Counted from the first letter of the stretch, positions 50,100 to 63,245 are shown. The stretch: DNA of 64,000 nt from Monocercomonoides exilis PA203 (GCA_001643675.2 LSRY02000040.1:124001-188000); one strand, 5' to 3'. A program made the numbers and translations. Notes: generated by a model from the letters alone, not told the origin.

Positions 50100-53000
50100 T
50101 TCAAATAAAATTGGAGGAGGAATATTCTAAGTATTTGATGCGTTTGGATCAATGATTATTATTAATCAACAATCAGTCATTGCGGCTGGAGCATTAGATC
50201 AGGGAAAGGTGGAGGAGCATATCTAGCAACAAAGGAAAGAGGGATTCTTGATTTTGCATTTGTTGGAATGAAATTCAGTTCAAATACAGCAAGAGTCGGG
50301 AATGATATTTTCATTGAATGTTTCAACATCACATAGCAAATCAATTAAACTCAAATCCGATTTGATCTCTAATAAAAACACGACGTTGGGAATAGAATGG
50401 GGGAAATGGAGGTATGGACTATCATGGATGCGGATATTCACTTTCCATGCTCCACATTGATATATGCAGGAACAAATGTGCTTGGCACATCGCCAGCAAC
50501 ACTAAAACTCGTTAATGGAAGTTCTATTTCTGATGAAATGACACTCAGCACTCAAGAAATGAATATTGATGGAGATATTGAAAAGGCAAAGATTGGAATA
50601 AGCAAAGGAGGAGAAAATGTATTTTTGATAAAGAGTGAACGAGCAATATCATTTTCATCTTTAACATTTTCGATATCAACATTTGCCGGATCAAGAAAGG
50701 AGTGTGCATTTCTGTGCAGTTCAAGCACATTGAGATTTGAGGAATGTTCATTTGGAGCAGAATCAGAAGAGATTGGAGTGGGATTGATTTGTGGGAAAGG
50801 AGGGAAAGTGGAGCTGGCAAATTGTGAATTTGAAAATATCCGAATGACCAAATTAGGGATGGTGACTTTTGATGGAGCAGGGGTTGGAGGATTGATTGAT
50901 AAGGTGATTGTGAGGAATGTGACAAGAGAAAATGCGGGAAGAAGCTTATTTGGGGGAAAATACGAACTTTCAAGCTTTTTATGCACAAAGCATGAAAAAA
51001 CTGTTTAACTCACAACTTCAATTCCCTTACTCAAATTGCAAAATAAATTTGATTATCGAAACTGTAAACAGGCATCGTTGAAATTAAAACATAAAGTTAT
51101 GTGACATTCCGCATTTGTCAAAAAATTGAACCATTTTTATAATATTTTTTGATTTTAAATAGTCAATGAAAAGTGCAAAATTTTTAAATGAAAATGCATT
51201 GAGCAAAATATTTTGCCCCATTTGAGCTGAGAAATGGAGGAGATATTGAAATAAAGAACACGACGATGAATGAATCTCGTTTTGAGAATGGAAATGAGAT
51301 TGAGATTGGAGAAGGGATTAATGCGAAAATCTGGAACTGCACATTCAAATCAATAGAGAGAGTGAATGGGAATGGAGGGGTTATGAATGGGAGAGTGGGG
51401 AGTGGGAAATGTGTGGATATTAACAAATGTGTGTTTGAGGAATGCAACTGTGTGGCTGGTAATTCAATGGGAGGAGGAATTGTTATGATTGTGGAAGATG
51501 GAGGGAATTTGTTGTTTGACAATAACAAGATGAATGGATGCACAGTTGCAGAGAGAAGCGGAAAAGGAGGAGGGATGCATCTGACATTTGAAGCAACGAA
51601 TATTGAATATTCTATGAAGAATGACACTTTCACGAACAATGTTGCAGAAAAAGGAGAAGATGTGTATTTGGTGTGTGGATCACCATGGACGATGCTTCTT
51701 CCGGCGTTTTGGGAAGGGACAGCCACAAGAGTCACAGCAGAAAATAAGATGTGGGTGCTTGAGTCATCTGAACCAAGAAAAGAAGACTCACTGATCAATT
51801 ATCTGTTTCCAAGATTGGGAACGGATTTGTTTGTAAGCAATTCTGGAAACGGATTATCAAGTTGTGGAGCGAAAGAAAATCCTTGCTCGTCTGTTGATAT
51901 TGGGTTTGATCGGTTGAACGATGAGATAAAGAGGATTATGCTTGTTAGTGCTGCTTCAGTGAGCAAGACTATCAACAGAGGTGGGAAAGGACTGACAATC
52001 GAAGGGAATGAAGAAACGAGAGAATTGGTTGTTGAAGAGGGAGGGAAATTTGAATTGACAGAAGGAGATGGGCAAACACATTTGACTTTGTCACTTCTTC
52101 AGATTTCACTTCCATGCACCTCCTCTGCAAGTGCAGCTGGTGACGAATCGATTGTGGAAGTGAGGATTGGGGGATGCTTCATTTTGGATTGTTTGTTCTC
52201 AGGAGGAGAAGGGAATTCAAATGTGAATGAGTGTGGGAAGTGGACAGTGATTGGGGATGGGGGGGGGGGGGGGGGCAATTCGAATAGAGAGAACAGAAAT
52301 GAACGGGATAACATTCGAAGGATGTGGAATTGCAAGATTTGGAGGAGGGAATGTGATATTTGTGAACTGTTCATTGGATGGGATTGAAACCAGTGGAGGA
52401 GGAGTGATTGTGGGGAATGGTGGATCGGAAGTGACATTGAAGAACATGACAGGATTTGGGCGTGTTGTGGGAACAGGATCGCTGATAACGTCGAATGGAG
52501 GATCGAATTTGAGAGTTGAGGGAGAAAGCAGATTTGAGAATATCGAGACAGAAAGTGTGAGTGGAGTGTGTGTGAAGAGCGAGATGAAGTTGAATGATTT
52601 GCTTGAAATGGGATCATCAACCATATTGAAATGCTCTGCGAATGGAAATGGAGGAAGAGGAGGAGGAATATATCTCAATTTGAGTGACAATTGTGTGAAT
52701 AACTTTGCGTTGACAACATTGATATTCAAAGACAATGTTGCAGCTGAGGGAAGAGATCTGTTCGTTTCATGCAGGAAACTGAATGAAACATTGATGAAGG
52801 AGAGGTTTGGATTTGAATATAAATATGAAAATGGAGAAGGAGAATGGATGGCAGTTGATATGAAAGGGATTGACAGGGGGCATTTTGTGGAGAGTGTTGA
52901 TCTTGGCTTGTTTCTTGTTGAAATGAAGGGAATGTTGGTGTGTGTGCCGAGGGAGGGGTATGACACATTGGGATGTGGGAGCGATGGATATCCATGTGAA

Positions 53001-53402
53001 TCGATGTGGAGTGGAATAAGCCACATTGACATGAATGGAGGGGAAGGAGAAAGGAAAGTGAAAGTGAGGGATGAAGGGACAATTGAAGATATTTGTTCTT
53101 TCACAGATGCACTTGCGATTGATGGGTGTGTGAATAATGGAGATATCGATAAACGCATTCCTATTCATTTTGAAGAGACAATCAAAGGGAATTCTGCATC
53201 AACTTCATCTGTTATTTCATCAACTCAGCCACTTAGCTTGTTATCTTTGAAGCTGCAGATTCCAAATCAATTTGTACCAAGCAAGAATTCTTTGATCTCA
53301 TCGAGTGGGATTCTCCAACTCAAAAACTGTTCCTTTGAAAATCAATCATCAGATATCATTCAATATTCGTTGATAACAACAACCACTGGAAGTTGCACAT
53401 AA
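50100..53402 (+). pseudogene. Interrupted gene of the Gly/Cys/Asn-rich GGA-motif (beta-helix/adhesin-like) family
   Basis: ORFs 50397, 51266 and 52251 become one frame after removing the MITE 50952-51219 and one G from G17 (52259-52275). Motifs GGGIVM, GKGGGMHL, NNVAEKGEDVY, GRGGGIYL, CGSDGYPCES. The 5' part (50100-50390) has stops. Confidence 0.75.
50952..51219. mobile_element. 268-bp MITE, GGG termini, ATTT TSD (mirror copy 57942-58209)
   Basis: ATTT|GGGGGAAAATA ... TATTTTGCCCC|ATTT. Excision restores ...GRSLFELRNGGDIEIKNTTMNESRF in frame. Confidence 0.88.
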
Positions 53403-53604
53403 AAAAATCAGCTTTATATAATAATTGTAATTGCTATTCATCCATTCAAAGCTACAAAATAATTGTGTTATATTTTTGATGTTGGCACAATGGTGTGAAC
53501 AATGGTTTTTTGAACTTTTGCTATTTGTCGTACGTGAAATATAATTTCCTTGTTCCCTTTTCAGTTTCATTTTAATTTTCATATAGGATTAGTTTGAGAT
53601 TTCT

Positions 53605-53605
<1 letters not shown>

Positions 53606-53676
<71 letters not shown>
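53606..53676. repeat. Poly-T run followed by (TG)18 microsatellite
   Basis: Direct reading of the sequence. Confidence 0.95.
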
Positions 53677-53679
<3 letters not shown>

Positions 53680-54148
53680 AAAACAATCTATTTCGGTTTT
53701 ATTAGTGTGAAAAAATAAAATCATCAATTATCTTTTTCAGTATGCAATATCACTTCTCAAAATGAATGATAGTTATGTGTTCGCATGTATTAATGAGTGA
53801 GTGAATTCATGGGACATTCCTAACAAAATAGATAATTAATTCTTTGTTGAAATTTATTTTTGAGTAATTGTAGTAGATAACGTTGTTTTTTTCTTCAAAC
53901 ATTAATGATTTTGTAATGTCATTTAAATATTGTGAACTTATGCACATGTTGTTATTATTTATTGTCATTTTGATTTAAAATTTAATAAATATAATGTGCC
54001 ATTTTTTTTAAAAATATACTTGTTTTCAACTTAACATATGTTGCAAAGAATGAAATCAAATTGAGTTTCGATTTATCAAAAAAATTCCCATTATTGAACT
54101 CAATAATTTTGAATTATTGATTAATTTTCAAACTGTTTCATCCTCTTC

Positions 54149-55222
54149 ATGATTGAGAACGTAATCAATTTCGAAGAATTAACATTCAGCGAGTTTATTA
54201 TTCTTTCGAACAATAAAAATCAGTTTGCAGTGGAATTGTTATCGAAATTTGGACTGATCAAAAAAAATCGAACATGTTGGAAAAGCAGAAAAAATATGGA
54301 TCTGAAGTTGCAAAAAAAAGAAAATAATTACTATGCCTTCAAATGTTCAAAACGTAGAAATTTCTTCAGTTGGAACTTTGATTCAATATTTATGGAATTT
54401 CTTTTATCACCATTCAAGCAATCATTATTATTGTTTCATTTTTGGTACAGACATTCGATCAAAGAAACAGTTTTTGAAACTAAAGTTGCAAAAGAGACAG
54501 TAGTGAAATTATTCAGAAAGTTGCGAAGAATTTGTTGCTATTTTGAGACATTCAAAATGGAAAAAGTGGGGAAAGATCGTATTGTTGAAATCGATGAAAC
54601 GCTAATTCACAGAAGAAAAAATAAAATTGGGAGATGCAGAGAACAGCAATGGTTGTGGGGAGTCATTGAGAGAAAAGAAATAGGGAAACCACAAAAACAA
54701 ATTCTTGAATTTCTTCCTGATAGAAAAGCAGATTCATTTTTTTTTGTCAAAAAAAACATTGAAAGATCAGCAACGATAATGTCTGATCAGTGGTCAGCAT
54801 ATAATTGCATCAGTGAAAACGGTTTCACAATAGATAGCGTTAATCACACTCTCAATTTTGTGAAACTGGAAAATCCAAAGGTTTACACACAGACAATTGA
54901 AGGAATCTGGTCTCATTTGAAAAATCATATTCCAAAACGAGGGAGAACATATTTAAAGACAAAGGAATATGTGTATGAGTTTCAATATCGATATAACAAT
55001 AGAATGACTCCAACAACTTTCATGAAAGAATTATCACATATCAACAAGAAAAATTTGGATATTTTTCTTCGTGCTTATGACGAAAGTGTAGTAAATTTGA
55101 TCAGTATTTTGAATAAAGAAAGAAAATTCAAATTATCATCTTATTATTTGAAAAAAAAAGGAAATGAAAAAAAAGAAGAAACTATGAACTGTGTGACGAA
55201 AATGAATTGGATGAAGTGCTGA
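54149..55222 (+). CDS. Merlin/ISXO2-like (DDE_Tnp_IS1595-type) transposase, 357-aa open frame
   Basis: IVEIDETLIHRRKNKIGR, QQWLWGVIER, TIMSDQWSAY, VNHTLNFV, YTQTIEGIWSHLK and YVYEFQYRYN: complete D-D-E triad. N-terminal Cys motif is degenerate; an acidic tail continues in other frames to ~55780. Confidence 0.9.
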   Translation: MIENVINFEELTFSEFIILSNNKNQFAVELLSKFGLIKKNRTCWKSRKNMDLKLQKKENNYYAFKCSKRRNFFSWNFDSIFMEFLLSPFKQSLLLFHFWYRHSIKETVFETKVAKETVVKLFRKLRRICCYFETFKMEKVGKDRIVEIDETLIHRRKNKIGRCREQQWLWGVIERKEIGKPQKQILEFLPDRKADSFFFVKKNIERSATIMSDQWSAYNCISENGFTIDSVNHTLNFVKLENPKVYTQTIEGIWSHLKNHIPKRGRTYLKTKEYVYEFQYRYNNRMTPTTFMKELSHINKKNLDIFLRAYDESVVNLISILNKERKFKLSSYYLKKKGNEKKEETMNCVTKMNWMKC

Positions 55223-55899
55223 AGAAAAAAAAACATGAAAGAAATCAATTGAATTTAATGAATCAAAAAAATTCAAAAGAAGAAAAATTGATGATGAAGA
55301 AGAGAAAGAAGAGAAAGAGAGAGAAACAAGCGAACGAGAGTTCACTGATGATGATAAAATGGAACTTGAATATGAAACAGATAAAAATGAAAAAGATGAA
55401 GATGAAGGTGATGAATTGCAAAAAAATAAAGAAATAAAAACAATTCGAAAAAAAAGAAAAAAAAGAAATAGATCCAGCAACGGCAGATTTGTGAAAATTA
55501 TTGTGAATCAACAGATTGAAACTCTAATTCTTGAAACAAAAAAGTTTTGTGAAAAAAAGGAAACAAAAATTGAGGAGATGGCAAAAAAAGAAAAAGAAAA
55601 AAAACATGCAATTGAAAATAAGCCAATACTCAGAAGCTTCATCAAATCAAAAGATATTGGAACCGAGCAATCTCCTATTAATTTGAAGACAAAATTAACG
55701 CTCCACTTCATTACACATCATATTTTGATAAAAATACAACACAAACAATACAAGATATTAAAGAAATTGCTATGCTTTTCATGAACATGATCGAAATATA
55801 TGAAAAGGCTATTCTCAAGCGTTGGAATTTCGTTAATGAAATGAAATTCATTGATTCTCTTTGAATTACGATATTGAAATAACTATCAGATTATTTTTC

Positions 55900-56547
55900 T
55901 CACAAAGCCACATTTTCATCATTATCAACATTCAAATGTTGTTATTTCATAAAAGAGTTGGTGAATCAAGTTCTTCCCATAATAAGCATCATCTTGTCAT
56001 TAACTGAATTAAGTTTTGCCTCATCTTCACACTTCACAAACTTCACTTTCCCATTTTCTTTCCCCATTCCTTTTCACCAGTAACCATATCACTCTTTCAC
56101 GTCACATCCTTCCTCAGACAATCCAGACATTTCAAAAATCATTTTCCATTGAATCGCCATTTCATTAATACAAACCAAAATTAATTCTCCATTAAATATT
56201 GTTCTTTGATGATCTTCTCCTGAAACTTCTTTTCCTCTCATGCTTCCACACACATGCTTAAATACTCCTCTTTCTTTTCTTTTCTAATATCTGCATTTTC
56301 TTGTTCATTCACCACTCAACACAATCTCATTCTCCTCCAAGCTCTCCCCAATCACAAGCAAATGCACAGATATAGGTAATTTTTCAAATGATCATTTTTA
56401 ATAAGAGAAATTTTTAACATTCAGATAACAATTCCGCTTGCACACAATAACATATCTATCAACCTCACTCTCCTCTCACTTAAATAATACATTCAAATAG
56501 TCACATCCTTCAATGACGTAAATAATGTTATATTTCACACGTTTCAG
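55900..56547 (-). pseudogene. Decayed fragment, probably of the same GGA-motif family
   Basis: Same purine-rich minus-strand coding texture as the adjacent arm but full of stops; no long ORF. Confidence 0.35.
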
Positions 56548-56557
56548 CTAATCATTA

Positions 56558-59500
56558 TCAAGCAAATCATTCAACTTCATCTCGCTCTTCACACACACTC
56601 CACTCACACTTTCTGTCTCGATATTCTCAAATCTGCTTTCTCCCTCAACTCTCAAATTCGATCCTCCATTCGACGTTATCAGCGATCCTGTTCCCACAAC
56701 ACGCCCAAATCCTGTCATGTTCTTCAATGTCACTTCCGATCCACCATTCCCCACAATCACTCCTCCTCCACTGGTTTCAATCCCATCCAATGAACAGTTC
56801 ACAAATATCACATTCCCTCCTCCAAATCTTGCAATTCCACATCCTTCGAATGTTATCCCGTTCATTTCTGTTCTCTCTATTCGAATTGCCCCCCCCCCCC
56901 CCATCCCCAATCACTGTCCACTTCCCACACTCATTCACATTTGAATTCCCTTCTCCTCCTGAGAACAAACAATCCAAAATGAAGCATCCCCCAATCCTCA
57001 CTTCCACAATCGATTCGTCACCAGCTGCACTTGCAGAGGAGGTGCATGGAAGTGAAATCTGAAGAAGTGACAAAGTCAAATGTGTTTGCCCATCTCCTTC
57101 TGTCAATTCAAATTTCCCTCCCTCTTCAACAACCAATTCTCTCGTTTCTTCATTCCCTTCGATTGTCAGTCCTTTCCCACCTCTGTTGATAGTCTTGCTC
57201 ACTGAAGCAGCACTAACAAGCATAATCCTCTTTATCTCATCGTTCAACCGATCAAACCCAATATCAACAGACGAGCAAGGATTTTCTTTCGCTCCACAAC
57301 TTGATAATCCGTTTCCAGAATTGCTTACAAACAAATCCGTTCCCAATCTTGGAAACAGATAATTGATCAGTGAGTCTTCTTTTCTTGGTTCAGATGACTC
57401 AAGCACCCACATCTTATTTTCTGCTGTGACTCTTGTGGCTGTCCCTTCCCAAAACGCCGGAAGAAGCATCGTCCATGGTGATCCACACACCAAATACACA
57501 TCTTCTCCTTTTTCTGCAACATTGTTCGTGAAAGTGTCATTCTTCATAGAATATTCAATATTCGTTGCTTCAAATGTCAGATGCATCCCTCCTCCTTTTC
57601 CGCTTCTCTCTGCAACTGTGCATCCATTCATCTTGTTATTGTCAAACAACAAATTCCCTCCATCTTCCACAATCATAACAATTCCTCCTCCCATTGAATT
57701 ACCAGCCACACAGTTGCATTCCTCAAACACACATTTGTTAATATCCACACATTTCCCACTCCCCACTCTCCCATTCATAACCCCTCCATTCCCATTCACT
57801 CTCTCTATTGATTTGAATGTGCAGTTCCAGATTTTCGCATTAATCCCTTCTCCAATCTCAATCTCATTTCCATTCTCAAAACGAGATTCATTCATCGTCG
57901 TGTTCTTTATTTCAATATCTCCTCCATTTCTCAGCTCAAATGGGGCAAAATATTTTGCTCAATGCATTTTCATTTAAAAATTTTGCACTTTTCATTGACT
58001 ATTTAAAATCAAAAAATATTATAAAAATGGTTCAATTTTTTGACAAATGCGGAATGTCACATAACTTTATGTTTTAATTTCAACGATGCCTGTTTACAGT
58101 TTCGATAATCAAATTTATTTTGCAATTTGAGTAAGGGAATTGAAGTTGTGAGTTAAACAGTTTTTTCATGCTTTGTGCATAAAAAGCTTGAAAGTTCGTA
58201 TTTTCCCCCAAATAAGCTTCTTCCCGCATTTTCTCTTGTCACATTCCTCACAATCACCTTATCAATCAATCCTCCAACCCCTGCTCCATCAAAAGTCACC
58301 ATCCCTAATTTGGTCATTCGGATATTTTCAAATTCACAATTTGCCAGCTCCACTTTCCCTCCTTTCCCACAAATCAATCCCACTCCAATCTCTTCTGATT
58401 CTGCTCCAAATGAACATTCCTCAAATCTCAATGTGCTTGAACTGCACAGAAATGCACACTCCTTTCTTGATCCGGCAAATGTTGATATCGAAAATGTTAA
58501 AGATGAAAATGATATTGCTCGTTCACTCTTTATCAAAAATACATTTTCTCCTCCTTTGCTTATTCCAATCTTTGCCTTTTCAATATCTCCATCAATATTC
58601 ATTTCTTGAGTGCTGAGTGTCATTTCATCAGAAATAGAACTTCCATTAACGAGTTTTAGTGTTGCTGGCGATGTGCCAAGCACATTTGTTCCTGCATATA
58701 TCAATGTGGAGCATGGAAAGTGAATATCCGCATCCATGATAGTCCATACCTCCATTTCCCCCATTCTATTCCCAACGTCGTGTTTTTATTAGAGATCAAA
58801 TCGGATTTGAGTTTAATTGATTTGCTATGTGATGTTGAAACATTCAATGAAAATATCATTCCCGACTCTTGCTGTATTTGAACTGAATTTCATTCCAACA
58901 AATGCAAAATCAAGAATCCCTCTTTCCTTTGTTGCTAGATATGCTCCTCCACCTTTCCCTGATCTAATGCTCCAGCCGCAATGACTGATTGTTGATTAAT
59001 AATAATCATTGATCCAAACGCATCAAATACTTAGAATATTCCTCCTCCAATTTTATTTGAATCTATGTTGTCTGCAACATTCCGAACTGAGATAATATAA
59101 TTTTATTATATTTATTGTAAAAAGTTAAAATAACAGATTAAATATAATAATAAAATATGTAGCATACGTTTATCCACATTTTCAATATATTTTCAACCAT
59201 ATCCACCAATATTGGACTCATATTGTGTGACGTTGCATAACTATCAATTTCAAATTCTAAAAATCAAATTTTGTTAATAATAGAACAATATTTAAAATAA
59301 CAATCAGTGCATACAATAATATAATGTTTATATATTCAAATTGCAATATATTGGAAAGTGTTCACCCCACACATCACAAAAAAAAGCTAATCCTAAATCT
59401 TTGGAAATCAAAAAATTAATAGTGGGATTGATCAAAATTTTTGATTTAAATTTTTATTTTTCAAAAATGTTTTATTTCTCAGAAATTCTTTGATACAAAA

Positions 59501-59738
59501 GGTAAATATAACAATTTAAAGCATTGCATGTATTTATTAATTGGAAATTATCTTTATATATTTATTTTAATTAAAAATTGGAATATTTATGTGTGATTTT
59601 TCAAAATTGATTTTTTTCAACATGAAAAAACAATTTCAAAAAATTCGTCCTCCCAATAGTTTTAATTTATTTTTATCTATAATTTCATCATAAAGTTAAT
59701 TTCTATCATCGCAAATTGCAAAGGAAGCACAGATGTAC
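56558..59738 (-). repeat. Right arm of 3.18-kb inverted repeat (3'-truncated copy of the interrupted gene)
   Basis: Reverse complement of 49423-52606. The reading frame breaks at LNDLL|DND*, whereas the left copy continues LNDLL|EMGSST. Confidence 0.95.
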
Positions 59739-61950
59739 ATATGACGAAGATGTGCAACACGATGCAACAAAAACAGACGAACACTCCACATATCCCCGAA
59801 TGATGAAACAGAGGAGCGAAATGAGGGACGAGAAGGAGAACGAGAGGATAGTTTGGAGAGCTTCTGGGATTGTTATCGAGCCCCCAATTGGGAACGCCCT
59901 GGAGGTGAGCTCGAGGACAGCTATTGAAGATATTCTCGAAGGGGATGAGATAACACAGATGCAGCATGACCATAAAACGCCAGAAGGGAAGGGGGGTATT
60001 GCGATTGGACCATTGAGGGAACCACTTCCTGGGAGACGAGTGAACAGACTGAGCGAGTGGAAGAAGATTGGGGGAGACAAACTAGTGAGACGTAGTATAA
60101 AAGCTCGATGGAAAAGTCCCCAATCACCAATCTCACATGAGGAGAGAAAACACAGACAAGAATTTCGGGGAACAACGGAGATGACGAACAATTATTTATC
60201 CCTCTTGGAGGAGGAATTGAAGGACGGAGTAGTGAAGCCCATACAGGAGTCGGAGGTGAGGTGGTTCAACCCGACATTCATGGTGATAATGAAAAATGGA
60301 AAGTGGAGAAAGATCGTGGATTGCAGGGCGCTGAACGAGGAAGTGCAGGGGAAGCATATCAAGATGGATTCCCAGGAGACAGTCGTGGAACTCCTGGAGG
60401 AGAACGATTGGATGTCCACTCTGGACATATCAAGTGCAAACCAGCATGCAAAGGTGGACGAACAATTCAGTTCCTGCTTGTGCTTCAGCTTTCAGAATCA
60501 GTGCTCCGTTAATGTGGGGATGCCATTTGGGGAAAAGGATGTGCCCAGAGTATTCACGAAGATAATGAGAAGGGCAGCGTCATATATAAGAGAAAATTGA
60601 AAGGTAAATCTTGTATTATATCTGGACGACATTCTCCTCATGCACCCAGACAGGGATTCATTGAGATTGATCTCACAGGAGATAGCCCAGTTCCTGAGGA
60701 ATCTGGGTTGGATTCTTTCGGAGGAGAAGCTGAATTTGGAACCCACAAGGAGTGCAGAGTTTTTGGGATAGTTGCGGAACTCAGAGAAGATGGAAGTGAC
60801 ACACCAAGAGAGGAAGAGAGTGCTGCTCTTGGAGGATGTGTTAACTAGGACAGCGCATGCTAAAAAAAGGAAGAGACAAAAGACGAGGGATTTAGCAGTA
60901 CTCCTCGGGGGGCTGAATTTTGTGAGGTTACAACACACACCAGCGAGCTTGTGGATGAAGCGCATGCAATACGTGCTGAGGCAGGCAATAGCCTGTGGAG
61001 GCTGGAAAGGAATCGTGATAGTCAACCCAATGATACTGGGAGAATTAACACACTGGAGAAAGATCCTACAAGAAAACAGACCGAGGTGTCTGAAGAGAAG
61101 GAACAGACCAGCATAACAAACAACGGATGAGTCAGAGCTGGGATGGTGTGCAGTTTTAACAATACCGATGGGGAACAAAGACGAGAAGATATATGTCCAC
61201 GGGAGTTGGACACTCCAGGAGAGTGCGTTAGCGATAAACGAGAAGGAGTACAGAGCAGTATTGAGGATACTAGAGAGAAAGGGAGTGTGGCTTCAGCAAC
61301 AGAAGATAGATCATATTCGTCTGAAGACAGATAACATGTCCACGAGATGGACGATACAGAAGAAGAGGGGAGCGCCATCGCTCATTCCAACACTAAGAGC
61401 ATTAGAGAAAAAACTAAACAGCCTGGACATCACAACACAAATAGAACATATACAGTCAGAGGAGAACACGGAAGCAGATGCACTCAGCTGGATGGCGAAA
61501 TAGCAGGATTATGCACTGAGGGAGGAGGAAGTAGCAGAGATATTTTCAACAATCGCACCGAGAAGACAACAAACAATTTCAGAACAGATTGCGCAGGTGC
61601 TCTGCGGAAGAGTTTGGAGACTATCCTCCATGAGAAAGAAGAGAGAGAAAGACATACCAGGAGACGAGATAGTACTAGTCCATCCGTTCCTGAGAAACAT
61701 TGGACGGACCCTGAAAGAGAAGATGAAGGAAGCCCAGAGGGAACTAACGACTCTGATTCTGTCAGCCTGGCGGGGGCAGACCTGGACCCCGCTACTGCAG
61801 CCTGGGCATTCGATAAAGACCCTGGGGACCTTTCAGGAGTGCATGATACCGGGAGCGAAGATGAGAAGGGAAGGCTGGAAACTACCCCCAGGAGAGGTGA
61901 TATCCGTCACACTGGAGAAGAGAATAAACAAGGAAGAGACCTCTTCTTAA
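59716..61950 (+). pseudogene. DIRS pol (reverse transcriptase, RNase H, MT-like region), four premature stops in one frame
   Basis: WFNPTF..KWRKIVDCRALN, LDISSA, GMPFG, YLDD; TTDES.LGW, INEKEYRAV, KTDN, ENTEADALS; VLVHP...AWRGQTW. ORFs 59716, 60772, 61168 and 61597 are all in the same frame; stops at 60598, 60769, 61114, 61501. Confidence 0.88.
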
Positions 61951-63245
61951 CATGCGGAGAATACGTTGGAGCAATTGATATAGCAGCAGCAATACTGAAA
62001 AATCAGAAAAGTTAAAGAGATACGTGGAGAGCCCTGCGAAGATTCAAGCAATTTTTGGATAAAGAAAGTATTGATGACACGGACCCCCTCACAAACAAAG
62101 ATACAAAATGGATTATGGTAGAATTCACTGAAACACTCTCGAATACGAACCTCTCAAATGGAGTGATTCATCAGACAGTTAGGAAAGTGCTGGATTCCAT
62201 TAATCTATTCAGAGAGACTAAGATTGATGTGAAAGACATAGAGATATTTCCAAAGACTTATGTGGGGGATAAGCCAAGAAGGGGGAAACGATACAAATCA
62301 ATGTGGGACTTAACAATTATCACGAAGTGGGCTGAAAGCACCTACGACGCAAAAGATATTCGGACACTCCAGAGGAGGGCTCTCATCCTGACTATGATCT
62401 TTGTAGCGTTAAGGCCAGCTGAGCTGGAGAGATTGAGAAGAGAGACAACGTTATTCAAAGAAAACACAATGTTGACTCAGATACAGACTAAGAAGTATGG
62501 AGGGGAGATTATAATAGTTATTATTAATGAACATCCAAACCCACGTATAGATGCTGTTGCAGCGCTCCAACGTTAAAAGGATTATTCAAAGACGGCTATT
62601 TAAGGTGAACATGTGTGGTTCAATATCAGTGAGAGACAACCTGCAAACTTGCAGAGGATCAAAGAAGAACTTACGGCTATTTTAAGAGAGAACGGAATAT
62701 CCGACACATTTACCGCGTTCTCGATAAGACACGCTGTGATTACACACTTTGCAAGACAACAAGATGCAGATTGGAAAGCGATCAATGCATATGCGAGATG
62801 GGAGCTGGGTTTGAGAGTGGACCAGGAATATTACACCGTGCTGCCAGTTCAAGACACAAGATGGATCCTGGAGACAATCGGTGGATCAGTACTCCAGAGG
62901 GGAGAAGATTACAAGCCAGACAAGAGTGGAGACACGAAGGAAGGGACACTGGAGATAGCAGATGCAGATATGAAAGATCGCACAGAGGAATTACCCAATG
63001 CTGTGTTTGAAGAAGGGAAGAAACCTACGAGAAAGCTGTCAAAAAAAGGGAGAAAGAAGCTACCGAGTGGAGAAGTAAATAGAGGTGAAATGGCTCATTC
63101 ACGAAGCCCAACACCCCGACAACAGAGTCGTCAGAAGACACCCTCCATAATCCCCAACAATGTCTGTGATCTGACTGGAGAGAAGGATTCAACTCCGCTG
63201 AAGAAGAGAGGAAAGGATCGGAGGAAGCGCAGTGGAAGAAGTTAA
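61900..63245 (+). pseudogene. DIRS tyrosine recombinase, three premature stops
   Basis: ALRPAEL (R), FSIRHAVITH (xxxR box), YARW and QEYY (Y). ORFs 62055 and 62613 are in the same frame; stops at 62013, 62574, 62601. Confidence 0.88.

Larger units (their letters stand above)
49423..52606 (+). repeat. Left arm of 3.18-kb near-perfect inverted repeat
   Basis: Reverse complement of 56558-59738. Mirrored ORFs are identical (50397+ = 58153-; 51184- = 57363+). The only difference noticed is G17 versus G14. Confidence 0.95.

Noticed and set aside
50952-51219. MITE acting as a spliced-out introner
   Set aside because: No GT/GC donor and AG acceptor at its edges that would restore the frame.
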